Positions 1 to 12,735 of a stretch of 64,000 nt of DNA are shown one piece after another. This DNA comes from Octopus sinensis. Taxonomy: Eukaryota. Numbering within the stretch: the first letter of the stretch is position 1; each line of letters starts with the position of its first letter. The stretch is from assembly GCF_006345805.1 (NCBI RefSeq), contig NC_043003.1:1860001-1924000 (forward strand), read 5' to 3'. The notes below the pieces were generated by a model. It did not search any database. It saw only the letters and a list, made by a program, of their open reading frames with translations, and was not told the DNA's origin. A program made the position numbers and the translations under genes.

Positions 1-98
1 AAATACTGAAAGTAGAAACACGAATGGAACTATAAAAGACGGGCTATTTTCTAAGTTGGACACCGTATAGCAATATAAAGAGTGGAATACTAAGGGAA

Positions 99-193
99 GT
101 AAGTCTCAGTCTTCGTCGTCGCACCTGACTTCATTCTTCTCCGTGAAATCGTCCCCGGTTTTCGTTAATTGACTCCTCTTCTGTGTTGTGAAG
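99..193 (+). other. Possible short 5'-UTR intron of GNPDA
   Basis: gaa|GTAAGT donor at 99; pyrimidine-rich tcctcttctgtgttgtgaAG ends at 193, 8 nt before the ATG. The acceptor is a weaker AAG. Confidence 0.4.
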
Positions 194-201
194 AAAGCAC
201 C

Positions 202-1011
202 ATGCGTCTCGTTATCTTGGATACAAGCAATGATGTCAGCGAATGGGCTGCAAAATATATCAGGAGGAAAATTCTGGAATTTAAGCCAAGTGCTGAGCGC
301 TATTTCACTCTTGGCCTGCCGACTGGGAGCACACCCCTCGGAACTTACAGACGACTAATTGAATTCTACAAAGCTGGTTGCATTTCTTTCAAGTATGTGA
401 AAACCTTTAATATGGACGAATATGTTAATCTTCCCCGCGACCATCCAGAGAGCTATCATTCGTTTATGTGGAACAATTTTTTTAAACATATCGATATAGA
501 GCCGAGCAATGCTCACATACTGGATGGCAATGCTCCTGACTTGGACACAGAATGCCGCGAGTTCGAAAAGAAGATAGCAGAAGCTGGTGGCATTCAACTT
601 TTCGTTGGTGGAATCGGTCCTGACGGCCACATAGCCTTCAATGAACCTGGTTCCAGTTTGGTTTCTCGCACAAGGGTGAAAACCCTCGCGCAGGAAACGA
701 TATTAGCTAATGCTAGGTTCTTCGATGGAGATATCGAGAAAGTCCCAAACATGGCATTAACTGTTGGAGTCGGCACTGTAATGGACGCCAAGGATGTCCT
801 GATATTGATTACAGGTGCACATAAAGCCCTCGCCCTGCACAAATCCGTAGAAGAAGGTATCAACCACATGTGGACCGTGTCTGCTTTCCAACAACATCCC
901 AGCACGACTTTCGTTTGTGACGAAGACGCCACCTTGGAGCTGAAAGTGAAAACTGTCAAATATTTCAAAGGTCTCATGCAAATTCACAATAAATTAGTTG
1001 AAGATATCTAA
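202..1011 (+). CDS. GNPDA: Glucosamine-6-phosphate deaminase/isomerase, 269 aa, no coding intron
   Basis: ATG at 202 (gcaccATG), TAA ends 1011. Family motifs [22 protein letters not shown] and [27 protein letters not shown] are present in one uninterrupted ORF. The TTG start at 169 in the ORF track is probably not the real start. Confidence 0.97.
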   Translation: MRLVILDTSNDVSEWAAKYIRRKILEFKPSAERYFTLGLPTGSTPLGTYRRLIEFYKAGCISFKYVKTFNMDEYVNLPRDHPESYHSFMWNNFFKHIDIEPSNAHILDGNAPDLDTECREFEKKIAEAGGIQLFVGGIGPDGHIAFNEPGSSLVSRTRVKTLAQETILANARFFDGDIEKVPNMALTVGVGTVMDAKDVLILITGAHKALALHKSVEEGINHMWTVSAFQQHPSTTFVCDEDATLELKVKTVKYFKGLMQIHNKLVEDI

Positions 1012-3945
1012 ACAATTCGGTTATCAAATGAGGCCACCTTCTTTAACAAGTCACAGGTTATCTTCCAATAATTCGACTGAGTCCGGACAATACTGCAAGT
1101 GGTTTATTTTCCTTGTTTTGCCTGAATTATGAAACTTGAAAATTTATCTTTACAATTTTATTTTCTAAACATTTTGTTTTCAAAGGAAAAAAAATTATTT
1201 TTCTATCGTATTACTCTGAAAATGTATATTACAGACCAATTTAAAAAAAATTAAAATGCTGTTACTTAGAAAATGTTTTAATTGCCTTTTATTAGGGACT
1301 TTGAACCCTTTTTGTTGTTGGGTTTCGGTTTTCTGAATTGTGTGCCTATGTATGTTGATATTTTTGTTTGCTTGCATTTTTTTGTATTTGTTTTACGTAA
1401 ACAGATACAAAGAAACGTTGGTGTTTAGTTTTATTTCGTACTAAAATGCAGGATATTTTCCCACCCATCTCGCTCACCACATACATGCGTGAGCTTTTAG
1501 CGAAATAAATATCGATGTTAGGTTGCAATTTATTTACATTTGACGGATATTTGTCAAAATGTAAATAATTCCTCATCTCTTAAATATAGAACTGTAGGTT
1601 GCAATTGTTCTGAACACCAGTTCAACTCTAATCGAACGCCTTTCGGATAAAAAGTAGGCAATCTTTCGTTCGCGAGTTCTATCGAAGGATTGCCAAAAGG
1701 TATTCCAGTCATCACTCCCCTCTCAGATAACCAAGACGATCCAATTTCATTTTTTTAAAAGCCTTACAATAAGACCGCTTTCTTACTGAGTTCCACTTGA
1801 ACGTAATATTGTAGGCTTCCCTTCAGTTTCATTCCATTTTAAAAATGCCCATTATGTATATATTGACTTGCAAATACTTTCGAATAGTTTGCATGGAGGG
1901 GAAATTTTGTATGTTTAAACACATTATACAAAAGCATTGTCATTTTATAAGATTTTGCTGGCAAATTTTAAATCGACAAACATTTGCATGAAAGAAAATA
2001 AATGGAGAACTTTCTAATACTTCCAAATCTTAAAACTCTATTGAAACCATTTGTGGGGAATTTTTTTTTTTTTTTCCTGGTCGCACATGACAAGGTTTAA
2101 CGGAAATCCTCTCTTAATAAATTAGTTTCACTATTCCTCCACTTTTTTTTCTTCTTTTGTGCGAAAGTGAAGAATACGCACACCCAGTGTTTAGGGGTTT
2201 TGTTACGCCGAAAACTGGTGGTATACGTATTCCTTACCTGCGAAATTGCAGCGATTCAACTTGGAATTGAATTTTTGTGTGAAGATTAATTACAGAAAAT
2301 ATCTGCTTAACCATGCCTTTTCTTCCCGGTGACCAGCATGAGAGCGAACACTTCTTTCGTGGGTAAGTATTAGAACAGGTGGTTTCTATGGGGGAAAGAT
2401 TTCTGAGGATTGAAAAGGGAGCAGATAAATTGTTTTAATAAAATTAACATGGTTGTTTTAAAATGTCCACAAAATTATAAGCGTGCAAACTGTTTTTCTC
2501 GTAAAAAGTGGGACGAGGGACACCAAAAACACCTAAAATTTCTATTGTGGGGTGGGATTTTGCAGTTAGAAGAAAAACAAAACCAAAAACCTTGGACCTG
2601 CAGCAGGGGAGGTAATCGCGATTAAGCCATTTTACCCAGACAGAAACTTCAGTTCAGAAATTTCTCCTCAAACTTCTTATCGATGTACAAAACCGAGAAT
2701 TTTAATTACTAAGAAATATTAAACGGAAAAAAAAGTTTTTCCAATAGTTCAAATATTTTATCAGTTCATGGCTAACAGAAATTGATCCAAACATTATGTA
2801 TTCACGTGACATGCATTTGTCCTACTCTCTTGGTTCCTGATGTCTCTGATCCAATATTTTTTTTTTTCAGGTCGCCTTCATTCTTGGCCAACAAGCCTTT
2901 TAATTTTAATACAGTCCTTAATGCTTGCTTCCCTCTCTGATTCTTCCCCCGAATAATGGGTCTGAAATTGACAGACCCCTTCCAGAATTTAAGAAATTCT
3001 CTTGCATTTACATCATTCTTTTATTCACCCTGGTGTCGGGCAATTTAAAACCGTTTTAATGTTATTAAATAAGACTCCCCCTATTCTTTAAAATTTCTAC
3101 AGGACTTCGCAGTATAACCGGCACCTTCTCCGCCTCTAAATAGATGAGTATCTTTCAGATTTGCGATTTCATTAAAAATTAAAAAAATAAAAGGGCAGGA
3201 AAACGCAACTATAACTATTGATCCTTCGACTATTTCGACAATCTTGGGTAAAGTTGAAGAACTCAATACATACTCGTCAGCAAAGACTTTGGAAAATGTC
3301 TTTTGCGTAAAGTTTTGTGAAAGTAAAAATTATACAATTATGGCATCTGATAAGGATATACCCACTTTTGCCGTAATTAAAAGTTCTTTTTGCCATTCAG
3401 AACTCCAAACATTGTTTAATAAAGTATTTACATTTATCATAATTTTACGGCTTCCCCTTATCTATTATAATATTACAGTAATGAGATCTCAGGTTCGATC
3501 CAGCAGCAAAGTATCTTAGGCAAAATTATTTTATTTTTACTATAATTCTTGAACTGATCTAAACCTTGTGAAATTGGGTGGATAGAGCTTAAATCAAGCT
3601 TTGCCGCACTGATTCCGCCTGAGAATTACGTTAATGTCTGCGGAATATTCAGTCACTTAGACGCTAATTTAGTGAGGAGTTTTGCTGATCGAACAATACT
3701 TATCGTCGAAATCAACGGAAATCCATTTACACACGTAATGGTGTAACAATTTTAAATTTTATTATTTTATTTTCCCAAAAGCTTGGAATTCGTTGGAGAG
3801 TGAATCGACAATGGTGGTCAGAGGATTTTTCAGAAATTCGGGTTGACGCCCCTCTTGAAAAATTCAAGGTTATCCTCTCTTACTTGCGCAAGTTTAGTTC
3901 TGGTCTGATAACAATTTACTGATAGCAAAAATAATTACAATGTTT

Positions 3946-4589
3946 AATTATGGCATTCCTACACAAATGTGCCCCACCAAATTTGTTTCCTCAAAACTTC
4001 CATAAAAATGGATATTATTTATTCTGATGAAATTTTCTAGAAATACGCTACAGAAATGTAGATTCCAATTATATCGGAATTTGTGAAAATTCATGCGAGT
4101 TGGCTCTGCTTCTTCATAACTTTCAGAAAAATTGGTATTTTTCTCAAAAATAATTTTCTACAAATACTTTTCAGAGTGCATAAATTACGATTGTATCGGA
4201 ATTTAGTGTGTAAGAAAAAATAGTGAGCGTCCATATACTGACATACATCACAATATCTTTGGAAATTTTATTTTATAGATATATCTGACGTATGTGTTCG
4301 AACCCATCAAATTTTTTTTCATTCATATCAAATTCCCATATAATCTCTGGATGATGATTATTGGATATTTCATTAAAAAAAAAAACTCGTTTTTCTGTAA
4401 GTTATGAGTAAAGAAAGCTGCCTCGTGTGAATTTTCCGAACCTCCTCACCATCGGGGAAAGAATTTTCGCCACATATTCCGATATAATCAGAATCTACCC
4501 CATCTGAAGTGCATTTATAGAAAACCTCATTAAAAAATATCCATTTCTTGGAAGTTAAGAGGGAAGAAACGTGTAGGAATGCCATAATT
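3946..4589. mobile_element. Non-autonomous foldback/MITE-like element with long imperfect terminal inverted repeats
   Basis: aattatggcattcctacac (3946-3964) is the exact reverse complement of gtgtaggaatgccataatt (4571-4589). Inverted similarity continues inward for about 190 bp (shared aaatggatatt, gtagattc..attatatcggaat). Confidence 0.75.
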
Positions 4590-5884
4590 GTATTTTCCAC
4601 GCACGCACGATGTTGGATCTCTGACTGATTCGAGCAGTTTCCATTCTGAGTTAATCCCTCAGGAGTTGAGAACCATTCCTAGAAGCGGGGAGTCGCAGAA
4701 ATGTTTGTGAAAATGGTTGTACAAAAATACATCGACCATAAAACACAGGCTGCAAAACGAAAACGAGTATTTCTCACCAAGAAATGCATGAAATGTTAAT
4801 TATGTCTCGTTCAATATCTTTTTTTTTTTTCATAAATTATGGATGTTTGTTTATTTTTTAAATATTAAAGAGTTGCATAGTTTTATTGATTCACCAAAAC
4901 GGGTCACGATGGTAAAAAGTTTAACAACTGGTTTACTTGAGAGCTGTATTTCTACTTTTTTTTTTTCTTAACGACCATCCTGATAACAGGTTAAATATAT
5001 TTTGTGGGTTGAATGTATAAAAAGGATGAAATTGAATAATTCTATAGGGGTTGTTTAACTTCAGGTCAGCAGTGGTCCAGCCCATGAAACTCGTTTTTTC
5101 TTCCTTTTATTTTATTTTTCTTGTAGCCAAAATTTATCCAGAATAGGGACGTAACCAAGTAAAAAAAAGTCACAGAAGTTTTGTCTGGATCCCATAAATT
5201 AATTGATTCCCCCCACCCTCGTGACTTTATTATCGGTCACCTCCTGACCAGAGCAAATGAATGCTCTCCTTTCAATTTTAGCTAAAAACTATTACGGTGT
5301 TGAAACTTTGCGACCAAAACAAACCAGTGTTTTCTACTATTCAAGTTAATTTCTACTATGAAACGCAAACTTATTACTAATAATTATAACTCTAATGTAC
5401 TGGAAAAGTTTATTTTATGACAGATCAAATAATATAACTTGTGTGTAGAGTTCGATGAACAATCGCAAGTGTATAAATAAGAGTTCCATTACGATTATCA
5501 ATACGTAGCAACTAAATGCTTTCACTGGTGTTTAAACTAATTTCCACGTTAGTAAAATAAAACATAAGGCATCAAATAATTATACACATACAAAAATAAT
5601 TTTTGTATTTGGTTAGCAGGATTCTTAATGTGAACTCGTGTTGGTGCGTGTGTTTATTATTAGCATAATGACCCTCCCGAAATACAAAAAAAAAAAAAAA
5701 CGTGAATATTAATTGAAATGAAATCAATCTAATTATATAGAATTTAAAACGCCTTGTTTGCACCTATTTTGCTTCCTGACCCCGTGTTCATTTTGCATCG
5801 TCCCCTCTGTTTGTCCCTTGTGGCTTGAATAAAAATCCTTATTCTTTTTACAGCTGATGATGTTAATTATAATAATATCAATAA

Positions 5885-6092
5885 GGCAGCGAGCTGGCAG
5901 AATCGTTAGCATGCTGGGCAAAATACTTAACGGTATTCAGTCCATCTTGGCGTTCTGAGTTCAATTTTTGCCGAGGCTGACTTAGCCTTTCATTTTTTCG
6001 GGGTCAATTAAATAAGTACCAGTTATGCACTAGGGTCGATGTAATCGACTTAATCCCTTTGTTCTTGTTTGTCCCCTCTGTGGGCAATAAAA
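5885..6092 (+). mobile_element. tRNA-derived SINE with a central domain resembling the MetaSINE 'Meta' domain
   Basis: A-box-like gagctggcagaatcg, B-box-like gagttcaatt, then ttagccttttcattttttcggggtcaattaaataagtacc. The family resemblance is from memory. Confidence 0.7.
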
Positions 6093-6415
6093 AATATAAT
6101 AAAACTGTGTTTTTAACTTCTTTGCATACAAATGTTGTCGAGTGAAGCAGAAGGTGGCAGTTTGTCTTGTCTCGTTGAGGCTAGCAAATACAATCATTTA
6201 TCAACTTTATGAATTTCGTTCAAAGCTGACAGTTGTCAGTAAGATAGTGAATGTTATCTAAACCAGCAGCACTCATATTTTAATCTCCATGGAAAGCATT
6301 TCAGGCGTTCCTCAGTGTTATCAATCTAAAGATTTGGGTGACTCACCAGACACCCTTTCAATCTAAAATGTTTTAATGGAGCTCTCGGGAGAGGTTGAAG
6401 CAACTTTTCTTTAAT

Positions 6416-6610
6416 CATGATCATCATCGTTTAACGTCTGCTTTCCATGCTAGCATGGGTTGGACGGTTCAACCAGGGTCTGGGAAGCCAGAAAGCTGCA
6501 CCAGGCTCCAGTCTTATCTGGCAGTGTTTCTACAGCTGGATGCCCTTCCTAATGCCAACCACTCCGTGAGTGTAGTGGGTGCTTTTTACGTGCCACCGGC
6601 ACAGGGGCCA
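6416..6610 (-). mobile_element. RTE-LINE 3' tail / RTE-tail short element; one of ~20 copies (others near 9470-9740, 22200-22635, 38750, 40380-40730, 41640, 45020-45460, 51230, 53870, 55017-55450, 56215-56410, 59250)
   Basis: (cat)n-cgtttaacgtc.gctttccatgctagcatgggttggacgg...ggatgcccttcctaa.gccaaccactccg...tttttacgtgccacc. The same sequence forms the 3' end of the RT-bearing RTE copies at 18084 and 56883. Confidence 0.85.
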
Positions 6611-6821
6611 GTGGAGTTATTATTAATATAATTGCATAATGAATGCCATTGCTTTCGTTTACTTGTAAGTCTCAAATGCATGAAAGAAATCCAAATTTTG
6701 TCCCCAAATAATTAACAAGTATTTCTTTATTCCATTTCATAATGGTTTCTGGGAACAATGCCAGAAATTTTGAGGGGTAGGAGAGTAGTCAATACCATCG
6801 AGCCCTGTGCTTTATCTTTAA

Positions 6822-7030
6822 CCCTTTCGTTACCAACCCGGCTGAAAATGCTTCTGGCTCTGTAGTACAAATGTCTTGTTTTCAAAAGTTCTTCCACCAA
6901 ACCTTAGTCACAATTTATGTTCCTAACACTAGCTAAATGGTAACTAAGTTATTTTACTAAATTCTTTGTAATATTTAAAGTAATTGAAAGAAACACAGAA
7001 CATCTCAAAATAAATACAGTAATGAAAGGG
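6822..7030. mobile_element. piggyBac-type MITE
   Basis: TTAA|ccctttcgttacc ... agtaatgaaaggg|TTAA: terminal inverted repeats starting CCCTTT with a TTAA target-site duplication; ~210 bp, non-coding. Confidence 0.85.
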
Positions 7031-7807
7031 TTAACGACCCTGGAGAGATGACAGAGTTGATCTTGGAGTCTCAGAACACAAAGAACCTGAAGAAATACCA
7101 AAATGCAATTCTTTCAATGCTTTAATGACTCTGCCAAATCTCTTCCATTGCTTAATGAAGATGATCAATAGTTTTCTTTGTTAATTTCACTTTTTCTTCT
7201 TCCATGGTGAAACAACCGAACGTATTTGGCTTTTTCCCATGAATATCCCATTCATTACAATTCCATATGATTCATTGGTCAAGAATTGTCTTTATAAATT
7301 TTGGGGCCATTTTAGAAACAGATGCTCTGAGTAAGAATTTTATGAAAAAATAAAATCTAAGAAATTAAGAGAGAAAATTTGATTCTACACCTGTCTTGGG
7401 TTACCTGCTGCATCAGCAGTTTGATTTTGATCATCAACCATGTTTTACAAAAATTCTAGTATAATAGCAAAATCTATTCAAGAAATGGTTTCCTTGTCAG
7501 CTCTGGAACTCCATTGAGTTTGTGATTCTAAAGAGTTAAGCAGGAAAAGAAGAAATAAACTCAGACAACGAAAAATTACTATTGTTATAGGTCAGCAATT
7601 TTTTTTCATTAATTCTCTCTTGAATACAATTTAGCAATCAGTTATAAATGCAGAGTTGTACAACATTTAAGTGGAGGCACAATGGCCCAGAATTCTAATA
7701 AAATAAAATAAAATAATTTAATGATTCAGATGGTAGTGACAGTTTTATTCAAATATCCACTGAATACTCTTTTATTTACACAGTTACTAACTACCAACTT
7801 ATAGACA

Positions 7808-8533
7808 CTACTTTATGTCTCCTAGTACCAGCTGGAATTTCTCCATGTCCTTAATTCCTCCAAACTTAAGTACAAGGAAGAGTACTTCTTCATTATCATA
7901 CTGCCGGAATTTCACAAAGATGTCATTCGGATTATCAGACATATCCGAAAGGGGTACAACGCTCTTCACATGGAGGAAGATGTCCTTACGACCTCCCCAG
8001 AACGTTAAGTGCGATACTTTGACTAAATCCTCAACACTGTTGTAGGCAATGATGCCAACGAGTCTCCGCAAATAGAAACTAAACACATACAGCATGGCAC
8101 AGGCCACAATTGAATAAACAACAACATAATGACAAAGTTCCAGAGATAATTGGCCATTGCTGTGCATGGCATAGCAGAGTGGTACAGCAGCGACCGAAAA
8201 AGCCGTTTGGTATATTTTGAATCTTGACAACAGATGCATGTGTACGATGTAAGGGAAACGATAAATAACTTCAAATTTATGATTTAAAAGGCTTGCTTCA
8301 TTACTGTAACCACAACAAGGCGACGGTGATGTCATTTGACTGTTTAGTGGCTTGTGAAGGAGTTTATTCAAGATGTAGGGTGTCCCACTAAACGCTTGGC
8401 GTTGGAAAAAATGGTGTTGGAAATTCTGAGACAGAGGAGCAGAAAATGGACACAGAAAATGAGATTGGAGCTTTGGAAAGTTTATTTTTAATATAACCGT
8501 GGACATTGTCCTTCTATAGAAGTGACCTAACAT
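7808..8533 (-). CDS. TMEM186: Transmembrane protein 186 (mitochondrial complex I MCIA-associated factor), 241 aa, single coding exon
   Basis: ATG at 8533. Motifs IYRFPYI, LSRFKIYQTAFSV, YLRRLVGIIAYN, VKVSHLTFWGGRKD, VVPLSD and KFGGIKDMEKF match human TMEM186 as I recall it (LSRLKLAQT, FLRRLVGILYLN, VAHLNFWGWRQD). The N-terminus is basic/hydroxylated like a presequence. Confidence 0.9.
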   Translation of the reverse strand: MLGHFYRRTMSTVILKINFPKLQSHFLCPFSAPLSQNFQHHFFQRQAFSGTPYILNKLLHKPLNSQMTSPSPCCGYSNEASLLNHKFEVIYRFPYIVHMHLLSRFKIYQTAFSVAAVPLCYAMHSNGQLSLELCHYVVVYSIVACAMLYVFSFYLRRLVGIIAYNSVEDLVKVSHLTFWGGRKDIFLHVKSVVPLSDMSDNPNDIFVKFRQYDNEEVLFLVLKFGGIKDMEKFQLVLGDIK

Positions 8534-8576
8534 TTTCTCAAGTTTTGTTTCGACAGTTTTGAGTTAACGATCAGCT

Positions 8577-8625
8577 TTAACAGCAATTAAACGAACAATT
8601 CATCTGTAAAGAGAAAAAACAGTGA
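8577..8625 (-). promoter_or_regulatory. TMEM186 5'-UTR splice acceptor followed by an 8-codon uORF (MNCSFNCC*)
   Basis: Minus strand reads cctttcactgttttttctctttaCAG|ATGAATTGT...TGCTGTTAA. The acceptor is 70 nt upstream of the main ATG; the uORF is out of frame and stops 44 nt before it. Confidence 0.6.
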
Positions 8626-8767
8626 AAGGAAGAAAGAAAGAAACAAACAACAAATAATGAAAAGAAGTAAAAAGGCAAAAAGAAAGACAACAGCTTCAGA
8701 CTGAATTTACATAATTCTAATATTGTTACTCTTGAGACAGGGATTGGCAATAGGATGATGCATGGGC

Positions 8768-8918
8768 GCGCACACACACGTATGTATTCATGTGTGTGTG
8801 TGTGTGTGTGTGTGTATGTACGTGTGTGTCATCATATATATATATATACACACATACATACATACATACACATCATCTATCATCCGGTTTCCACACTGGC
8901 ATAGATACACACTGGAAT

Positions 8919-8990
<72 letters not shown>
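8768..8990. repeat. Compound (TG)/(TA)/(CA) microsatellite
   Basis: Direct reading. Confidence 0.95.
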
Positions 8991-9790
8991 TATTAAATGA
9001 ATTATAGAGTGCTATTTCATTGTAATATGACACAATATAAAGCCGTTCCTAAGAGGTTCCCAGAGTATAAAGTTACAATATTTGACCGGATCGCAGACAG
9101 AAGATATTAAAGTAAGGACCTCATGACTAAACTTTAGTTGACTCTACCAAAATACCTATTTCAACGAAACTGAGTCAGTTGACTCATGACTCAGCTAATA
9201 GTTGCAAGGGACATTGTTGTTCAGACTGAAGATAGCTCTGATTGAATAGACATATGATCAAAGGGGTTCCAGCCATGCCCATCTCAACTTATTACTTTTT
9301 TTTTTATACATAGATACAGGCAGGGCTGTGTAATGAAAAAGTTTGTTTGCCAACAATATGGTCTTAGTTTCAGTTCTACTGCATGGCACCTTGGGCAAGT
9401 CCCTTCTACTACAGCCCTGGGACAGACCTATGCTTTATGAGTAAATTTCATAGATAGAAACTGAAAGAGTCTGACTGGCTCCAATGCCAGTGGCATGTAA
9501 AAAGCACCATTCGAGCGTGGCTGATGCCAGTACTGCCTGACTGGCCCTCGTGCTGGTGGCACGTAATAGGCATCCATTACACTCATGGAGTGGTTGGTAT
9601 TAGGAAGGGCATCCAGCTGTAGAAACTTTGCTGGATTGGATTGATGCCTGGTGCAGCCTTCTGGCTTGCCAACACTCAGTCACACCGTTCAAGCCATGCC
9701 AGCATGGAAAGCTGATGTTAAACGATGATGATGATGATATATATATCATCATCATCATCATCATATATATAATATAAATAATATATATAC

Positions 9791-9821
<31 letters not shown>

Positions 9822-10223
9822 TGCATATGTAGGCACAGGACGTCATGAAATGTGTACAATAAAAATATACGAAGCATGAGTACATGGAACATGAATTTTT
9901 CTTTCGAACAACGAAAGACAGAAATGGAAAACAAGACAAATAACATAAGGAATGACCCTTCATCAGTTGTTGGCTGTTTTTCTAGTCTCGCATTTCGAGC
10001 ATTTAACAACAATATATGTCTTAGATAAAACAGTTGCTCCCGCAAAGCAAATTAAATAATTTTTTTTTTTTTTTGTGGAGGGTCAAAATTTGTAACACAA
10101 ACAGGACAGAGTATATATGTGTGTGTGTGTGTGATGGTCATTGTGTGTGTGTGTGTATATATATATACACACAGGAAGGGCTGCTAAACCTAAATGAAGT
10201 TATGTACATATATCTACGTACAC

Positions 10224-10273
<50 letters not shown>

Positions 10274-11819
10274 ACTGTTTTGATATCTTATGATGGTTAT
10301 AAACAAATGTCATTCATTTCCAATATTCTGTGACAAGATGTCTGGCCATAGAGAAATATCATTTTGCTTGGAAACAGGGAATGGTTGGTGACAGGAAGGG
10401 CATCCGGCTGTAGCAAATCGGCCTCAAAATTCTGTCCAACTCATTCAAGCATGGACAAGTGGATGTTAAAAGCTTATTTATTCACATTGTTTCGAATGAA
10501 TCAAGCATTATCTCATAGCCTGAAGAATTTAATGATGTAATTGTTTATTCTTAGAATGACATTGTAGGGTAGGTACGAGAGGTGGGATCTGGCCAGTTTG
10601 AATATAAAACAGGTTGAAGAATATTTTGAGCTGGTTTAAGTGCTGAAGGATTAAACTCCACTGTCTCCAACAAGAACGGACACACATAAAAGAACAGGAG
10701 AGATGGTCATTGTTGGAATGCTGCTGATCACAGGTCTGAGATTAAACAGCAGAAGCAGCCACAGCAGCTGCAACTGCCAGCGTTGCCAATCCAACAGGCT
10801 TCGGTCAGTATCTGCCAATCGAATCCACTCACAAGGCACTGGTCGGTCCAGAGTTATCTTTTCTTTTATTCCTTTACTTGTTTCTGTCATTTGACTGCGG
10901 CCATGCTGGATCACCACATTAAAGGATTTTAGTCAACCAGATCGACCCCAGGACTTTTGTTTATTTAAGCCTCGTACTTATTCTATCAATCTCTTTTGCC
11001 AAACTGCTAAGTTACAGTAAAGTAAACACGCCAACACCAGCTGTCAAGCAGTGGAGGGGGACAAACTTAGACACAAAGATACAATGACACACAGACATAG
11101 ATATATATATATATAATTAAAATTATAAATTAGGGTATCTACGAGATACCACCATGCTGAAAATAGCAGCCATGAACTGACTCTATAGCTGCTATTTTCA
11201 GCATGGTGGTATCTCGTAGAAACCCTAACTTATAATTTTGATAATTATTACCTTTTGAAGGTTATTTTTTCCATGCTGACCACTTGATAAGTTTGTTGTT
11301 TTATTTTAAATTAACGATCTTATCCTTATTTATATTTATATATATATATATACATACATATATACACACACTAACAGTAACACCCATCGTGCTGATCAGG
11401 TTATTACTTTTACTGTTTCTCAGGCCGAGAAGCTAGAAAAATGGGTATATCATACAGAAGAATTGCTTTACAGAATCCAGTTGACCGCAATGGCACTGAA
11501 CAGGCTAGAGGTCAAGTGGAACATCATTGGTCATGTACAAAAAGCATTGCATGTTGTGCATTTGTTTGGTGTTTGTTTTTTGACAGTATTTTTTTAGTAG
11601 ACATTTTTTTTTTCTTGATCAGGAATATCATTAAGTAATAGTGAAATGAAATTACCAATGCTGTGTCCTGCTAGAGCTGAAATTCCGATGCTATGTTACA
11701 GGAATGGAAGGCAAGGTAACAGTAAATAATAGTGAAATGAAATTACAAATGCTGTTTCCAGTCAGTCAGATTTAGGTTTACTTGTACTGTGTATGTGTAT
11801 TATATAAGAGAAAAACATG

Positions 11820-12735
11820 TAAGGAATGAAGCCAGTATGCTCCGCTGGATGTGTAGTGTCAGTGTGCATACTCGACAGAGTGTTGGTGCCTTGAGAGAAA
11901 AGTTGGACCTAAGAAGCATCAGATGTGGTGTGCAAGAGGGACGACTGCGCTGGTATGGTCATGTGGCGGGAATGGATGTGGATAGCTGTGTGAAAAAGTG
12001 CCATACCCTAGTGGTTGGGGGGAACCTGTGGAAGAGGTAGACCCAGGAAGACCTGATATGAGGTGGTGAAGCACGACCTTTGAACATTAGGCCTCCCTGA
12101 GGCAATGACCAGTGACTGAGACCTTTGGAAATATGCTGTGCTTGAGAAGACCTGGCAAGCCAAGTGAGCTCATAACCCATGGCCTATGCCAGGGGTGTAA
12201 CCAGCCCACTTATGCATACCTTTCCTTCATTGGACACTAAACTCTGCTTGCGAAGACCTGTTGAGGCAAGTGAAATCGAAACCAAATTTGATGACATCAC
12301 CGCATGACTGGCATCTGTGCTAGTGGAGTGCTAAGAGCACCATCGGAGCATGATCGATGCCAAGGCAGCTGACTGGCACACAAAAAGCATCATTCAAGCG
12401 TGATCGTTACAGGCATTACTGGCACTTGTGAAAAAAATATTCAAGCAAGGTCATTGCCAGTGCTGCTGGACCGGTGGTACATAAAAAACACCATTTGAGC
12501 ATGGCCGTTGCCAGTACCACCTGACTGGCCCCTATGCCAGTGGCACATCAAAAGCACCCACTACACTCTTGGAGTGGTTGGCGTTAGGAAGGGCATCCAG
12601 CAGTAGAAACTCTGCCAGATCAGATTGGAGCCTGGTGCAGCCTCCTGGCTCACCAGTCCTCGGTCAAACCGTCCAACCCATGCTAGCATGGAAAGCGGAC
12701 GTTAAACGATGATGATGATGATGATGATGATGATA
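11820..12735 (+). mobile_element. 5'-truncated RTE-clade LINE 3' fragment (C-terminal ORF remnant, 3' UTR, (GAT)n tail)
   Basis: RNEASMLRWMCSVSV...RLRWYGHVAGM...GRPRKT motif, then the RTE tail ending acgatgatgatg. Confidence 0.9.

Noticed and set aside
355-987. Three minus-strand ORFs overlapping GNPDA
   Set aside because: Antisense shadows of a real CDS; no motifs.
4024-4043. CTGATGA...GAAA hammerhead candidate
   Set aside because: No stem II, stem III or stem I pairing.
4373-4600. 75-aa minus-strand ORF
   Set aside because: It is the right arm of the foldback element at 3946-4589.
9885-9972. Minus-strand CTGATGAAGGG...TCGAAA long-loop hammerhead candidate
   Set aside because: Stems II and III are weak and stem I starts with a mismatch; possibly a decayed PLE tail but not supportable.
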